This document shows positions 25,333 to 38,621 of a DNA stretch of 64,000 nt, piece by piece. The stretch spans positions 2,232,001-2,296,000 of the forward strand of contig OU015569.1 of assembly GCA_907165135.1 (NCBI GenBank), given 5' to 3'. The translations under genes were made by a program, and so were the position numbers. How positions within the stretch are numbered: position 1 is the stretch's first letter; each line of letters opens with the position of its first letter. The notes under the pieces were generated by a model. The model had not been told where the DNA came from. It searched no databases and worked only from the letters and a program-made list of their open reading frames with translations. The stretch is from Oikopleura dioica (taxonomy: Eukaryota > Animalia > Chordata).

Positions 25333-27874
25333 GATATAGATAGATATATTCAGCTAGATAAACACTATTCTTGTCGCTTATGAGTCCTTATTACTGTTTT
25401 TCATGAGCTGTCACTCAATGATGAAACTAAAGGGAGACACAATGGTTTTAGTAGGCTCTTTAATTTACTGAATTGTTTCAAAAGTGTAACCTGAAGAATC
25501 GCGCATTTGATGGGTGAGTCCGCGCAGCTGCAAATATCTTCCTTTACTTTCGTGCACTTTTAGAATTAAGTCGGTGCTGCCGGCTAATTGCATCATCGAA
25601 AACGCTCAAATCCGTTTGATTGGATTCGGCACAGTATAATTCTGCGCTACTTCTACTTTGCTGTTATATTATGCGCTTATTGTCAAAGTAAACGAAGCTT
25701 TTTAAGAAAGCGAAAATTTACTTGCACGCCTTCTAACGCTAAAATCATGGCGATTAGGAGAAATTAACGACCCTAAGTACCCTAATTATGATTTAATGCC
25801 AACTGTTAGAGTTTTGGGCGGAATTGAAATCATGGAAGAAAATGCCATTCCAAAATGCTTTCTACTTCGTCTGCGCGATCGCGAATGTGCCGCTACTTTT
25901 GTTTGCATTTGTATCCGCATTTTTGTAGACCGAAAAGAACTCCAAAGGAAAATGCCAAATAGCGTCACCGACAAACATTTATGCAATTGAGAAAGTCTTT
26001 TCGGAGAAGTTTCAGGGCATTGAAGGGAGACGATTCGGGCGACACGGAACAGCGAAAAGGAAAAAGCGGTTCACTTTTGATTTCAACCCTTATTTCGAAA
26101 ATTCTTCTTTTGAACCGGTTCCAAAAGAGGTCGAAAGGAAAGAGTAAGTTGGGGAACTCCTGCAAATAGCGGAAGTTTTTTCTATTTTCAGACGGAAGTT
26201 GTCATTTTCGAAAGACCATTTTTTCAGAAGCAAAAATTTCAACGCTTATGCAAATATTTACCCGACATTCTATCAATTTAATCGCGAATATTCTATGAGT
26301 TCAACAATTTGAGATTCCCAAACTTTGCAAATTCCAAAACAAAGCTATGAATCCAAGCAGTTCTGCACTTTTCAAATTAGAATTTTCCTAACTTGAAGCT
26401 AACTTTAATATGCTTGATTGATGAAAACAAGTCAATTTTTTGGACTATTTTCACGATCTGTGTAGAAACGGCTTGCTTGGTTTTCCCAAAGTACGTCAAA
26501 AATTCCACCATGATAATTACGTTACGGATGGACGTAGCCATGATCTCATTCAGAGTGACATTTGTGATCTTTACTAGGAAAAAATTCCAGCTCTAGATTT
26601 ATGTCTTGTTAAATGCCACCTTTGAAGTCTTTTGAGCGATTCCTGTGAAAGAAATTAATCCTACAAACTTTAATTTCTAGCTAGTAATTTATCCAACTAT
26701 CGAATTTTCGTGCGAAAATTGATTGAACGATGAGGTCGTTAATTTATTACACGGAGCGCGAGAAAGAGTAACTTGGGTAAATGTAAGCTACTCAACCTTG
26801 CTGCAATATTGTATGGTGGTTATGGAGACGAGGTCTTGAGTGTTTGGGATTTTTTAACTTTGAAATGCGCTTAGTCGCTCTCACGAGGCATTCCATCAGG
26901 CTTCTCCCGCCGCGTTGCGCCTTACCGCGTGTGCCTAAATCCTCCCCAAAAAGGGCGCAGCCCAGTCTAAGATCAGCCAGATTTAACTCTGACGATTCTG
27001 GACTAGAGATCATTTAACAAAGAGCATCGCCCGAAGTACAGTTGAAATACAAGGATCAACCCTTTTTACCATTTGCCAATTCTAGAGCCGACGAGCGAAT
27101 TCTTGTAGAAGACGAGTGGACTGTCCGGAATAGTAGTACATTTCGCATCGAAGGTCAGTTCGAATTTTAAGAGTATTGAACAAGCATAGCAGTGAAAAGA
27201 TGGTCGAATAGTTCAAATCAATACTCCGCAAATAGTCAGTTGACACAAGGACAAACGTTCAAGCCTGAGCGTAGGTCTTTTATCGAGCTCTAGAACGTTT
27301 CAGCCAGCGAGTTCTGAGCCCAGTGAGTGCCCTTTTGAGTGTTTGACGAGCAAAGCTAACTAACCTAGGATGCTTAGGAAATCTAAAACAAAACAAGCGA
27401 GTCAAAATTGATAACGACTCATAATTTGTTGGGAAATCGGGGAAATTCGCGAACGTAATTGGATATTTTTCAGATCATTGTTACGTCAATCCGGCGCTGA
27501 GCTTGACCGTGGACGATTTTGGTAAGAGCCGACGTGCCCTTGAGCGAGTGAGTTCGCTCGAAAGAAGGGCGCTTTTACGATTTGGATCATTCCATTGTTA
27601 CGCGCTATTTTTACGCGGAGCAAGGGGCAGAAAATCAATTCAGAGAAATCTTATTAGTCAAGTAGAACTTGCCCTGCGGCGCGTGTACAGGCAGAGTCTA
27701 GTTGAGTGCGGTATTTGCACTAGGAAAGTCGAGTACATTTTAGTTAAACTTTCACTAATATTATGGGTGGTTGAAGGAGTCCGTTCGATCAGATCAGCGC
27801 GCCGCTACCTGCCCGATTCCTTTTCTTGAGAGAGTACTCTTGTCCGGCATCTTATCGGACATCTATTTTCAGAA

Positions 27875-30800
27875 ATGGCAAGCTATGAGGGCCTTTCCAG
27901 GGTCGTCGAGATCAAGAGGAAAAAGAAGAAGGATCCTCTAGGCTTCAAAGTCGCCTATATACCGGACAGAAAGGGAAACGTAAGTCTTACTATAGCTTTT
28001 CTCATATCTATCAAAATTTAAAAATTAGTGAAAAAGATTATTTGATGTTTCTTCCGTAAAAATGTCGAGTTAGTTTTCTAATGAAATACTGTTTCAATTA
28101 ATTCTTCGAAATTCCCCGCGAGATCTTCGGATAATTTAGCTTTGGCAGAGTTGATAAGACTTAGAGCATTGCAAACAGTCTTATAGAAGTACCGGGCGCA
28201 TGTGTGCTTCCAGCCCTTAAGTAAATATTACCGTCAGTCAGTGACCTTAAAGCAATCTCTGTTGATCGCCGAGGAAGGAATTCCACTTGAAGAATTCAGC
28301 GTCATTTAGGATTGGCAATTCGTTAACAGGGCTCATTCAGGTGTTTACCGCGGTTACTGAAGGTAGCATCTCAGCGCAATGTGGTCTCCTTGCTGGTGAT
28401 CGAGCCCTATCTATCGATGGAAAGAACGTTGAAAAGCTCGATCATCAGAAATTTGTCGACACTCTCAAGAAGACAAAGACAAACATCAAACTCGGCGTCA
28501 TCGGATACCAGGTCGATCCAGTCAATCCCGCTCGAGATGCCGAAGCAGCTGATCTTGGATTCAAGATTTGCGTTCTCAAGAAAGAAGGCAAGGGATACGG
28601 CTTCTCGTTGAACACCAATCCTGGCTCGACCGAAGGAACTTCGGAGCACGTTCTTCAAAAGGTTGCTCCAGGTGGTGCTGCCGACAAAGCTGGTGTTTCT
28701 GATGGTATGCACCTTATCGCCATCAACGGCGTCGATTTGACATCGAAGAGCCACGCTGAAATCGTCAATATTGTCAAGAAAGGCGGCTCTACTCTCGTTG
28801 TCAAGGTCAAAACCGGACCCAAGAAAGAAGAAGACGAACGATCGGAAATGGCAGAGAGCGAGATCGCTGCTGCCAAATCCGTCGCACCGGTTGAAAAAGC
28901 GTCGACAAATCTGCACGAGTCGTTCGCGTCATGCGAAGCTCCGGCACCGATTACGGCTTCAAGATCGTTTTCAATCAAGAAATTAGAAAAAGTGCTGTTA
29001 CTAATGTTAGCAATTCCACTCCGGCTGATATTTGCGGTCTTAAGCAGGGCGATATGGACGTGGTACTCGATAAAAAATAGAATTTTCAACTTCAGCAAGA
29101 AATACTATTAGTTCAACATTGATTGGCAAATATTTTCCGTAGCAGGCGGGGTCCCGCCGCGGAATACCCAAGAAATAGATTTTGGGAGTTTGCTTTGTTT
29201 ATTCACTATAATCGTTTATCTTTGTAAATCTTTGCTACTTGAATTAGAAGAATTCATATAACGGAAGTTGATTACCACGAAATAAAGCATCTGGGCTGTG
29301 AACTCAAAGTCTATTGTCGGGCTTTCTCATTCGGAAGTGGTTAGCCTCATCCGCACTCATCAAAACCACGTCGTCTTCCTTGTCACCAGCCTCGCCGCTC
29401 ACGATCAATTTGTCGCCGACGGTACCGAACCAGACGCAAGCCAGGCCACTCTTGCTTGGGAAGCGGTAGGAAAGTCACTCTCTCCAAAACTTATTTTTTA
29501 TTAGGATTACGGTAACTTCGGTATCCCGCGAAATCTTTTGGTTGAGAAGCAGCCTGATGTCAAATATGGCTTTAACTTGACTTACAAATGTAGGTAGTCT
29601 TAAAATGGGAACAGAAGTAGCTCTTGAGTCTTTATACCTGTGAAATTATATATTTTACTCATCATAAACTTCAGCACACACACATGCGATCACAGTAAAC
29701 CCTGGCTCGCCCGCGGAAGCTGCTGGATTCCAAAATGGCGACATAGGAAAGGATATAAAAATTCTCCTGATTTGCGAAAGAGTCGTGCATATCCGGAAAA
29801 TAAAACCGGTTGTTAAACTACCTTTTGCAAATACCAATGACTTGTATCGCTATAACGGCATTTTTGAGCTAATATTTGGACACCGTTTGTGATATTATCG
29901 AAATTTGTAATGTAGTACTGCCGGGAGTTTGTATTTGCGCTTCGTGAGCATAAAAGTTACTTTTGCCAAGGACAATCTCCGATTCTTAGACGGGAAATTT
30001 AAAGGGCTTGTAAAGCTTACAATACGTAGATATTCAAGGTGGCTCGTTTTATACGATCACGGGCATTTTTATATTCATAAAAGTCTGTGCCATCAATGGA
30101 GCCGACGTGGAGGGACTCTCCCACAGCGACGCGATGACCCACGCCAAAGTTCATGATAACCACATTGAGATGACTGTCATCGACCCTGCTGCCTTGAAAC
30201 TATTCCAAAAACTCGGCATCAAAATCACAACCGAATTGGCTGAGCTCCTCGCCAGCTTCAAGATCATCAAGCGCCAGCTTTCTGAGCCCCCACAATATGA
30301 AGAGGCCACTGCCCCTGAGCCTGAACCGGAAGAGGAAGAGCCCGAGCCCGAGGCAGAAGAGCCCGAGCCAGAGCCAGAGGAAGAAAGTGACAGGCTCGTC
30401 GAACATCCAGCACTTGCTGCCGCAGCCATCGCAAAGGCGAGGGTCAACAAATCGTTGCTATCGCTTCTGCCTTCTCTAATCACAGAGCAAATAATCTGGA
30501 CGTGGCAATTAAAGGCAATAAAACATATTCACTCGAGGAATATCGTCAGGCTCTTGTTAAAAGACGAATGACCTGTGCACATGAAAATTTAATTTCAAAT
30601 TTTCTGCTCGATTACGAATCTTAGATGCACTCGAGAACAGTTTTATTTAGCTTTGTATTTTTCCAAAGATCTTCTTATCCATGCGGATGACGTGAATTCC
30701 TAACGCCCTTTGTTGACCCAGTTGAAAGGCGCGCGCTGATTCTGATGGACCTGCCCCTCTACCCCGTCTTGTCACTCTCAAGGACAACAACGGATACGGC

Positions 30801-33800
30801 TTTTTCCTTCAAGACAAGGATGGTGGCCACTACCTCACAGATGTCGAAGAAGGCGAAGCCGCCCAATTGGCTGGCGTTCTCGACAACGATCGAATCGTTG
30901 AAGTCAACAATAAGAACGTCGAAGGTGCTAAACATAGCACTGTTGTCGATCTCATCCGACAGCACACTGATCACGTAACGTTCTTGGTCGTCGACAAGGA
31001 GTGCGATGACTACTATAAAGGAAAGTTTCATAATAAAATTACATAAAACGGCTATTATTCAAAAGACAAACATCCGACTTAATTGTAGCACTTCCTTCAG
31101 AGGTCAATGCTTGAACAAGTTTTTCCATAAAGTCTGTTTTCTTTTGTTGAAGAAGTTGTAATGAAACATTTGAATAGAGCGTGATGTAAAGATCACGAAG
31201 GCTCTGCTTGGAATTGAACCACGAGCACGCCTTATCCGAGTGAAGAAAGCCGAAGGTACCTTTGGTTTTGAGATGCACACTGAGCCTTCCGAGCTTGGCC
31301 GCGTCCAGCTTCTACGAAACATTGTTGTTGGTGGCCCGGCTGCTCAAGCGGGACTTGAGGAGCACGATCGAGTTCTTGAAATCAATGGCCAGACACTTGA
31401 CGATGTCAGCCATGAAGACGCTGTTGACATTATTCGCAACTCGGGTGATACCGTTGTGTTCCTTGTTGCCGATGAGGAATGTCTCGCCTTCTTTGCCGCA
31501 AAATCGATCACAATTACTCGTGAGCAAGCGAATGAGCTCGAACCAGAGGAAGAGGAGGAGCCAGAGCCAGAACCAGAAGAAGAAAAACGTATCGAACACC
31601 CAATCGCAGCCGCTGCAGTTGTTGCTGCCGTTGTTCGATCTCGATCTCCATCACCGGAACCAGAGCCAGAGGCTGAACCCGAACCAGAAGCTGAAGCCGA
31701 ACCCGAACCAGTTTCAGAAGAGGAGCCAGAACCCGAGCCAGAAGAAGAGAAACTTATTGAACACCCGGTTGCTGCTGCAGCTGTTGTTGCTGCTGTCCGA
31801 AGGTCTCCAACTCCTGAACCTGAGCCAGAAGCTGAGCCGGAACCCGAACCCGAAGAAGAACCAGAGCCTGAGGAAGAGCCAGAACCAGAAGAAGAAGAAA
31901 AACGCATTGAGCATCCTATTGCTGCAGCTGCCGTTGTTGCTGCCGCTGTTCGATCTCGATCACCATCACCCGAACCAGAACCTGAACCAGAAGCTGAACC
32001 TGAGCCAGAACCTGAACCTGAGACCACTTATGAAAGTGACCCAGAACCTGAACGAATCGCGCATCCAGTAGCCGCCGCCGTTGCTGTTGCTGCCGTGCGA
32101 CGATCACCATCTCCTGAACCAGGGAAGTGGCTCAAATTCCTCCAGACATTCTATTTACTTTGACCTCCTAAAGCAAAGTCGTCTCCCAGTCGACATCCCA
32201 AAATTCTTACCTAGCAGAATACTAAAGTTTCCTAAAGTAAATAATTGAGCCATTCTAAAAGAAGCGGAACCCGAACCTGGTAAATATTGGCCCAAGCACA
32301 ATAAAACTAATCACTAGAATTTCAAAAGAGTAATGTTGAAATAATCAGGATTATTTCAAGCTATTGTTGGCACTGCCGACTCACGTTCCTTCCTTTTGTT
32401 GAAAACATATTCGATTTCTAGTATCCACAACTCTTTCACTCACTAAAGATATTTTCATGTGAATGATTTCTTTTTTGACTATATATTATTTATAAGAGAA
32501 GATTAGAATGAAGGGGAAACATTTGAGTTTACTAAAAATAGCTTTAAAGAAAGCTGGTAAAAAATAAGACCTAGGATGAATCTTCTCCGCACATTGTCAC
32601 TCCCATTTAGAAGTCGATTTCGAAGAGCCAGAGCCCGAGCCTTCCGTCAACGGAGACTCGGTCGCTGAATCGGTTCCAGAGCCCGATTCGGAGCCTGAAC
32701 CAGAGGCACCAAAGGTGCCTGAAGGTAAACTGCTCATGCTCTCGTCGCTTTCCGTAGAAAACACGGTCACCAATCACTCTTCCATGATTTCAGCTTCAGA
32801 TATTTTCCATAATTTCGGTTTTGGGAAAGTTAAGAAATTGATTGCGCAGTGATTATTTCATGAACCATGATCTTAAAAAAGTAACCAAAATCAATCCTAA
32901 CATGCCATTCCAAGTTCATGAAGCAAATTTATCTGTCGCCGCCGCAGCCGGAATTTACGGAGGCCGCACAAACGGTAATCATTTGCTTCGTTCCACCCTC
33001 GCTACATCAAAACTGCATGGCTAAATTTTTTGATACATTCTGCTTTTAAAATAGATTTAGCAGTGACAGCAGCTGCCGCGACCGTTTCCACCATCACCAC
33101 CGAAAAGACTGTGGCCCTAAAGGAAGAGCCAGATGTATCTGCTGGTCTTACCGTGGCGATGGCTAGACAAATGAAGATTTTCGGAACCGTCAAGTCCTTC
33201 AAGGTTAACCCACGAGCTCGAGTCAATGATCAAGTGCCTCTTGTCGATAGAACACCAACTCCTCAGCCAGCATACAGTGCTCCTACTCCAGTAGCTCCAC
33301 CAGCTCCAAAACCAGTCCATGTTAAGCCAGCGGTAAATATATTAATTGATTAAAACTAAATTCAATAATAAATTGGAAAGGCTGCCGCTGCTGTTGTTGT
33401 TAACTCAAGCCAGCCACAAACTTCTAAGCCTCGGGCTCCAGCTGGTGCTTCAATCGCAGCTCTGATGAACCGATTCCAACAGGTAAACTAACTTTGGCTA
33501 CATTTATAAGACAAACATTAAGGATGGAGACACTGATCAGGTTTTTTGTGTATTTGTGTAAAAACTTCATTAGCTAGAACTAACTAACTCCGGAGCGTTT
33601 TTGTTCATGTCCTCGAAGATTTCAGAAATTAATCAAGCTATTCAGAACGGACAAGTACTCACAGGAGGCCAGATGCCCGAGCAAGGAGTGCCAGAACAGC
33701 AGAGCGTCAAAATCGTCGCTGCTAAGGCAACTGTCGATGGCAGTGCGACCGCTGGCGCTATCGGAGTCGCTGTCAAACAACAGCCCAAATCACCTGAGCC

Positions 33801-34229
33801 TGTCGTCAATAAGGTCATGCGCCCCAACATCTCTGAGGTCAACAAAATGGCAAATGGACAGGGTTTGATTTAAATGCGTTTTATTTTTTAAAAATCTTTA
33901 GTCGCTCCGGCTGCGCCCATGCAACCAACACAGATGTACGGCCAGCCACAATACCAACAACCTCAGCAGCCATTCCAGCAGTACCCAATGTATCCGCAAT
34001 CTCCTCAGGGTGGCTATCAACCATTCCCCGTACAGCCTTTTGCTCCGGTAATATTTTCGATGTCAACTTGAGATTTTGAAAGTGAGTTCAGTACGGCGCA
34101 CCCCAACCCCAATATGGCGCTCCCCAACCTGGCTTCATGCCATACATGAACCAAATGCCTCCACAACAAGGCTTCTACCCACCTCCACCACCGCAACAGC
34201 AGCAGCAACAACAGCCACAGTACCGTTAA
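27875..34229 (+). CDS. NHERF/PDZK1-like scaffold with six PDZ domains, Glu/Pro/Ala repeats and a Pro/Gln-rich tail
   Basis: Six PDZ folds with R-x-x-x-L-K...G(Y/F)GF loops (DPLGF, GYGF, DYGF, KYGF, GYGF, TFGF). NHERF-type ends such as [29 protein letters not shown] and [24 protein letters not shown]. The model needs GA/GG/GC donors and one frame change near 28894-28899. Ends QPQYR*. Confidence 0.8.
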
Positions 34230-34801
34230 TTTAACATGTAAGTTTTCAAACTCAATACTATCTCCTAGTTTGATGTTCTAGGTGTCTGCCTGCTCTTGTA
34301 TATTTCCGAATTTAATCTTCAAGACGCCGCCGACCCTTTTAGTTTCAATTTTGTAGTGCTTTGAGGTCGCCCCACGGCCACAAATGCGAGCTTCTTGACT
34401 TCCTGCAGAAATGAACAACTAATTCGACTCTGATACGACTGTATATATATTGATAAATAAACCTAAAACCTTACTTTCGACTTGTATTTTTCATAAATTG
34501 ATCATGCACAAAACATCACTCGAGACATATTTTTACTGCAATAAATACATACAGGTTTGGGTTTATCAGTTGTGTCAGGATTGTGCTCCCGAAAGTTTAT
34601 TTCACTTTTCGGAGTCAGAAGATTGAGCTTGCGGGATATTTACAGTAGTGGCAGATTCTAAACTACTCAGTTTTGATTTGACAAGTTTGATATTTGTCCG
34701 AGAGCCAGATGTTCCTGGAGTCGACATTTTTGGAGTGGCCTGGCCGGATGAGCGAGGTGTTAGTTGACCATACGTTGTCTGGCCGCCGCCTTTACCGAAG
34801 A

Positions 34802-37106
34802 TTATAGATAATAAGGTTTGGTTTTTGGTTTACCAGATTGAAATTGGACTGGACTGCTTCGTTCTTCAGCTTTCTTAGCAAGTCTCTCTAGAGCAGAAGA
34901 GACAGGCTTGATGTTCCCACCAGAAGGTTTTCTATTTCGTGGCTCCTGAGGCCCGAAAAAATTCAAATCAGCCAGCTTCGGTTCCGTTTTCACCTAAATT
35001 AAATTTAAGTTGATCATGCCGACTGTGATCTTCTCTACCTTTTGTTTTGCTATTTTTGTTTGAGATCGTTGGGTGTCCACCCGTGGCTTAGACGTCTTTG
35101 CAGCAATAGGTTGTGGCTATCGAAGAGAATTAGTTTCAAAATACTGTTAGCGGCCAACTTACAATTTGGACCGCTGGTTGAATGGCTGGCTGAATCGTTG
35201 GAACCATCGAAATCACTTGCCCACTAGTGCCCATTTGAGCTTGTTGAATTATTTGCTGACCAGGCAGAAGTTGAAACACTTGCTGTCCACTTTTCTGGTC
35301 GCCAGCAATCGCCTGTATGGTTGAAAAGTTTGACCCAAGGATTGACTGAAGTTGACTTTGAGGAATCTGGATGGCAGTCTGGCCCGTTGGTAGCTGAATT
35401 TGCTGAGTATTCGGGGCGATCATCATTCCACGCTGTTCTTGTGGTGGAGGTGCGGATGTTATCTTCGTTCTTGGCGCTACTGAGCTTGGCATACTCGAAA
35501 CAGGAAGCAGTTTTGGACCTGGATTTTTGGGCGGTGGCTGAGGGCGTCGGGGAACTGCTTTCTTTGCTTCTGGGGCAGGTACTTGAAGAATGTTTCTCGT
35601 TGAATCAGAAAGTGGATTTGGCGCATTGATGTCATAAAGCCAGTTTTCAAGCTAAAGAAACTCAATAAGCTAGGGAGGATGTTATATATTTACCTTTATA
35701 ACACTTCCAAGACCACCCTGTTGAAACGGCTTCTTCTCCCACTCAATAGGCGCATAATCTTTCGACTCAGTATTGTCGGAGTCGCCTCCATCGTCGCTGC
35801 TTCCTGATTCCGACAAAGTCCAAGGCTTATCTTGTTTGACTCCGCCAATTTCGGTACTTTCCTCGCCAAGAATGCTTTTGGAAATTTCCATTGATTCCTC
35901 TTGAATACCATTCAATTCCCTTTTACGAACGTTAACTTCTGACTTCGGAGGAACCATAGCTGAGAATCTTCCATTTGGTGTTCCTGGCTTCGAAGAATCG
36001 GACATGTTACTTTCAAGAAAGTTCGGCGTCGAAGCTCTTGAGTTTGCTCTCGAATTCGACCGCGAATTGGATCGCGAGTTCGATCTTGAGTTCGATTTTG
36101 AGTTCGATTTTGAGTTAGATCTTGAATTAGCTCTCGAAGTAGTACGCGAAGTTGCTCGAGAAGTATTGACGCTTGACTCTCCCGCATCAGTATCTTTCTT
36201 TCCTTCGTCCCAGTTGACATTTGCGAAGTGTTTTTCGTATGCCTCTTTCAGCTTTGCGACAGGTGTCTCACTGTATCCGGCGTCATCGAGGACAATGTCG
36301 TCAACATTTGAGGGCAGGTATCGATAAATGTAGGGAATGTTTGGATTCGAGGGATCGGCGATGTGTTCTTTACAGTGTTCTGCAAGTGGCAAAGCGCAGT
36401 CCCAGCAGTCTTCAAATACACACCGTCGCTTTGTTGGTTCCCTCACTTTATCTCCAGGCAACTTGTAAAGTTGATAACGTTTCTTCTTCGCTAACTGAGC
36501 GACAAGATACTCATTGCCTGTTAGTGAGTGTTTTAGGAAATCCAGACGGCCCGTCTTCTTTCCAGTTTGAACTAATTTCCTGTTGATAACATCCAGTTGT
36601 GCGAGTCGAAGTTCTTTTTCCGCCTGTGCAGCTTTTAGCATAAGCTTCAAGAATTCCTTCTCCTCAACAACGCTGGATTTTATCAGTGGATGGGGATTGT
36701 GTTCGACTGCTATTTCGGAGTCGGATTCTGGATAGTCCATCTCGCAATCCTTCAATTTTCGATACAGCTCCGGATTCGGTGAAATCTGTTTCATGTGTTG
36801 GCCGCATTGGATCTTATCATTAGCCTCGTTCTTGTCCGATTCTTTCTGTTCCTCCGATAAGTCTGCATCAGTGACTGAAAACACTCATGTTAACATCGAT
36901 CTCGCCCCTCCGCAACTACCTTTCACTGGGCGTTGACATCTCTTGCCTGAAGCGTTCCTATATGCGCAGAGTCTGTAGCCCAAACTAGGGGCAAACTTCG
37001 AGCTCAAAATATGCCTCTGACAGTAGCTTGTACTCTCTATGACGACGTCGCAACACCGATTGTAACGACATGTGAAGCTGGAGGCTTTTTGATCAACTTT
37101 CTGCAT
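34802..37106 (-). CDS. KANSL2: KANSL2 (NSL complex subunit 2)-like zf-C3Hc3H protein with long low-complexity C-terminus
   Basis: YCQRHILSSKFAP...CAYRNASGKRCQRP...CGQH resembles KANSL2 FCIKHILEDKNAP..CSY...GKRC...CAEH. ESDSE...HPL...EKEFLKLM resembles DSDQEDPLKHAGV..EEVALIM. Later finger C...LPLAEHCKEHI. INO80D shares the finger and is not fully excluded. Confidence 0.55.
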
Positions 37107-37299
37107 CTGAGAAGGAAGAAGACTTGAGTGAAAAAAAATCTATTTATTCGAGTGTTGGACAGGTAAGAGGGAATAAAAAAGGTTCGTGAAAAGTTATTGA
37201 CTATGCATAAAAGCATCCAAGTTTGAGAAATGTACGGGTAAAATGAATATGGCAGTTAGAAACTTTTCGTGATAGCTAGCAGGCTTCCCAGAAAATCTT

Positions 37300-38342
37300 C
37301 CGAAGCTTGAAGCTGCTGCCAACGCAAGGAGGACATGTTCTCCGCAGCCACTCAAATTTCATCCAAAGCACCCGATGTATATTGACGGCCGAAGGTTTCA
37401 CGCGCTAATCAGTCGTCAATCATAAATCGAGGACTCTATAATTGACACGGTTGGATGAGGTGGAATTTAAGATAAAAAATCAGCAGATGTTGGAAAATAG
37501 CGCAAAAATAGGACTGTTAACTGTTACAGTTATTGTTGTCTGGACGAGAACCTCAAGAAGGCACAGGTTCAAGATCGCGTATGCGATATCAATCTTCACT
37601 AGCTTGTCTAGCTTGCAATTCCATCAGCTTCTGGCCTCAGACTTATGTCTGAAAGGCCGATTGGAAGGCGACTTGTGGCGTATTCAACGCCACATCTCAG
37701 TAGAAGGGAGAATCACTGTGTCAAGTCCTCGTCGGACAAGCGATCTAAAAAGGCTAGATAAGTATAAAGTCTTTTTTTCAGGGTTAATTACCTCCGCTTC
37801 TTTTTTGAATTCAGGACAGCCTTCACTGTCGCTTTTTGGGCCACCTCAAGAAATGTTGGGACGGCATTCCACTCGTGCTGATCGACCATTTACCAAAGCA
37901 TCCGGACTTGCGATTTGAACTGTAGGTATCACTCGCTTCAGTCGCCATCGAAAGCTCGAACACTCTAGAAGAAAATAATTGTTAGATCAAAGTAAAGATA
38001 TGAAAAGTTGAGTTCTGGTGAAATAAAAAAAGAAGGTTTTTGAAAGATTTGATAAGAAATGAAGTCCAGGAAATAAATTAACAGCTTGAGAGACTCTTGA
38101 TAGGTAATCGGATTGTACTCTGGGACTGAGTTGTTGTCGTCGGAAGCATAAGCTTAGCATTGTGTCCTTATTAACGCTGTTCTCTTCCTTGATTTTCTCA
38201 ATCGAGCGCTTCAGCAGCTCTCCTTCATCATATTCATTCGCAATCAGCCGCAGCACTTTCTTCTGACTTCCGGAATCAGACAAAAGTTCCAAAGGTTTCA
38301 CTCGCTTTAAGAACTCTTATCTACCGGAAGGATACGACGCAT
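37300..38342 (-). CDS. Probable spliced gene of unknown function; 3' exon structure unresolved
   Basis: Acceptor then ATG (MRRILP|KKVLRLIANEYDEGELLKRSIEKIKEE...). A canonical 47-nt GT-AG intron at ~37791-37745. I could not build a stop-free model for the 3' half. Confidence 0.35.
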
Positions 38343-38621
38343 ACTCTCAAAACGTTTCTGAAAATTTAAAAATCAAGATTTTGTTAGAAGTGAAAGAGCA
38401 TGAATTTTAAGTAAAAGAAGGCGGAAAGAATGGCCCTTCTGTCAGGTAAAAATGAAAGGTTTGAAAAGGAAGTTGAACAGGTGAATTTAAGGTAAAAATT
38501 GAGAACGAGTCAAAGAAGCTGAAGAACGAATTGACGTGTAGTACAAAATTAGAAAAGAAACTCAGATAGTAAGGAATGGGAACTAAATATTGGGTGGGAG
38601 AAGTGGCGATTCGTCTTAGTT

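Noticed and set aside
25786-26600. Cluster of 60-66 aa ORFs on both strands
   Set aside because: No coherent gene model or recognised domain.
28655-32110. Minus-strand Ser/Gly/Ala-rich ORFs (e.g. 31344-32027, 30151-30483)
   Set aside because: Antisense shadows of the Glu-Pro repeats and PDZ exons.
37442-37918. 158-aa plus-strand ORF with an EHBP1-like VVWTR motif
   Set aside because: Similarity is limited to a few residues, and a canonical 47-nt intron on the minus strand favours the opposite orientation.
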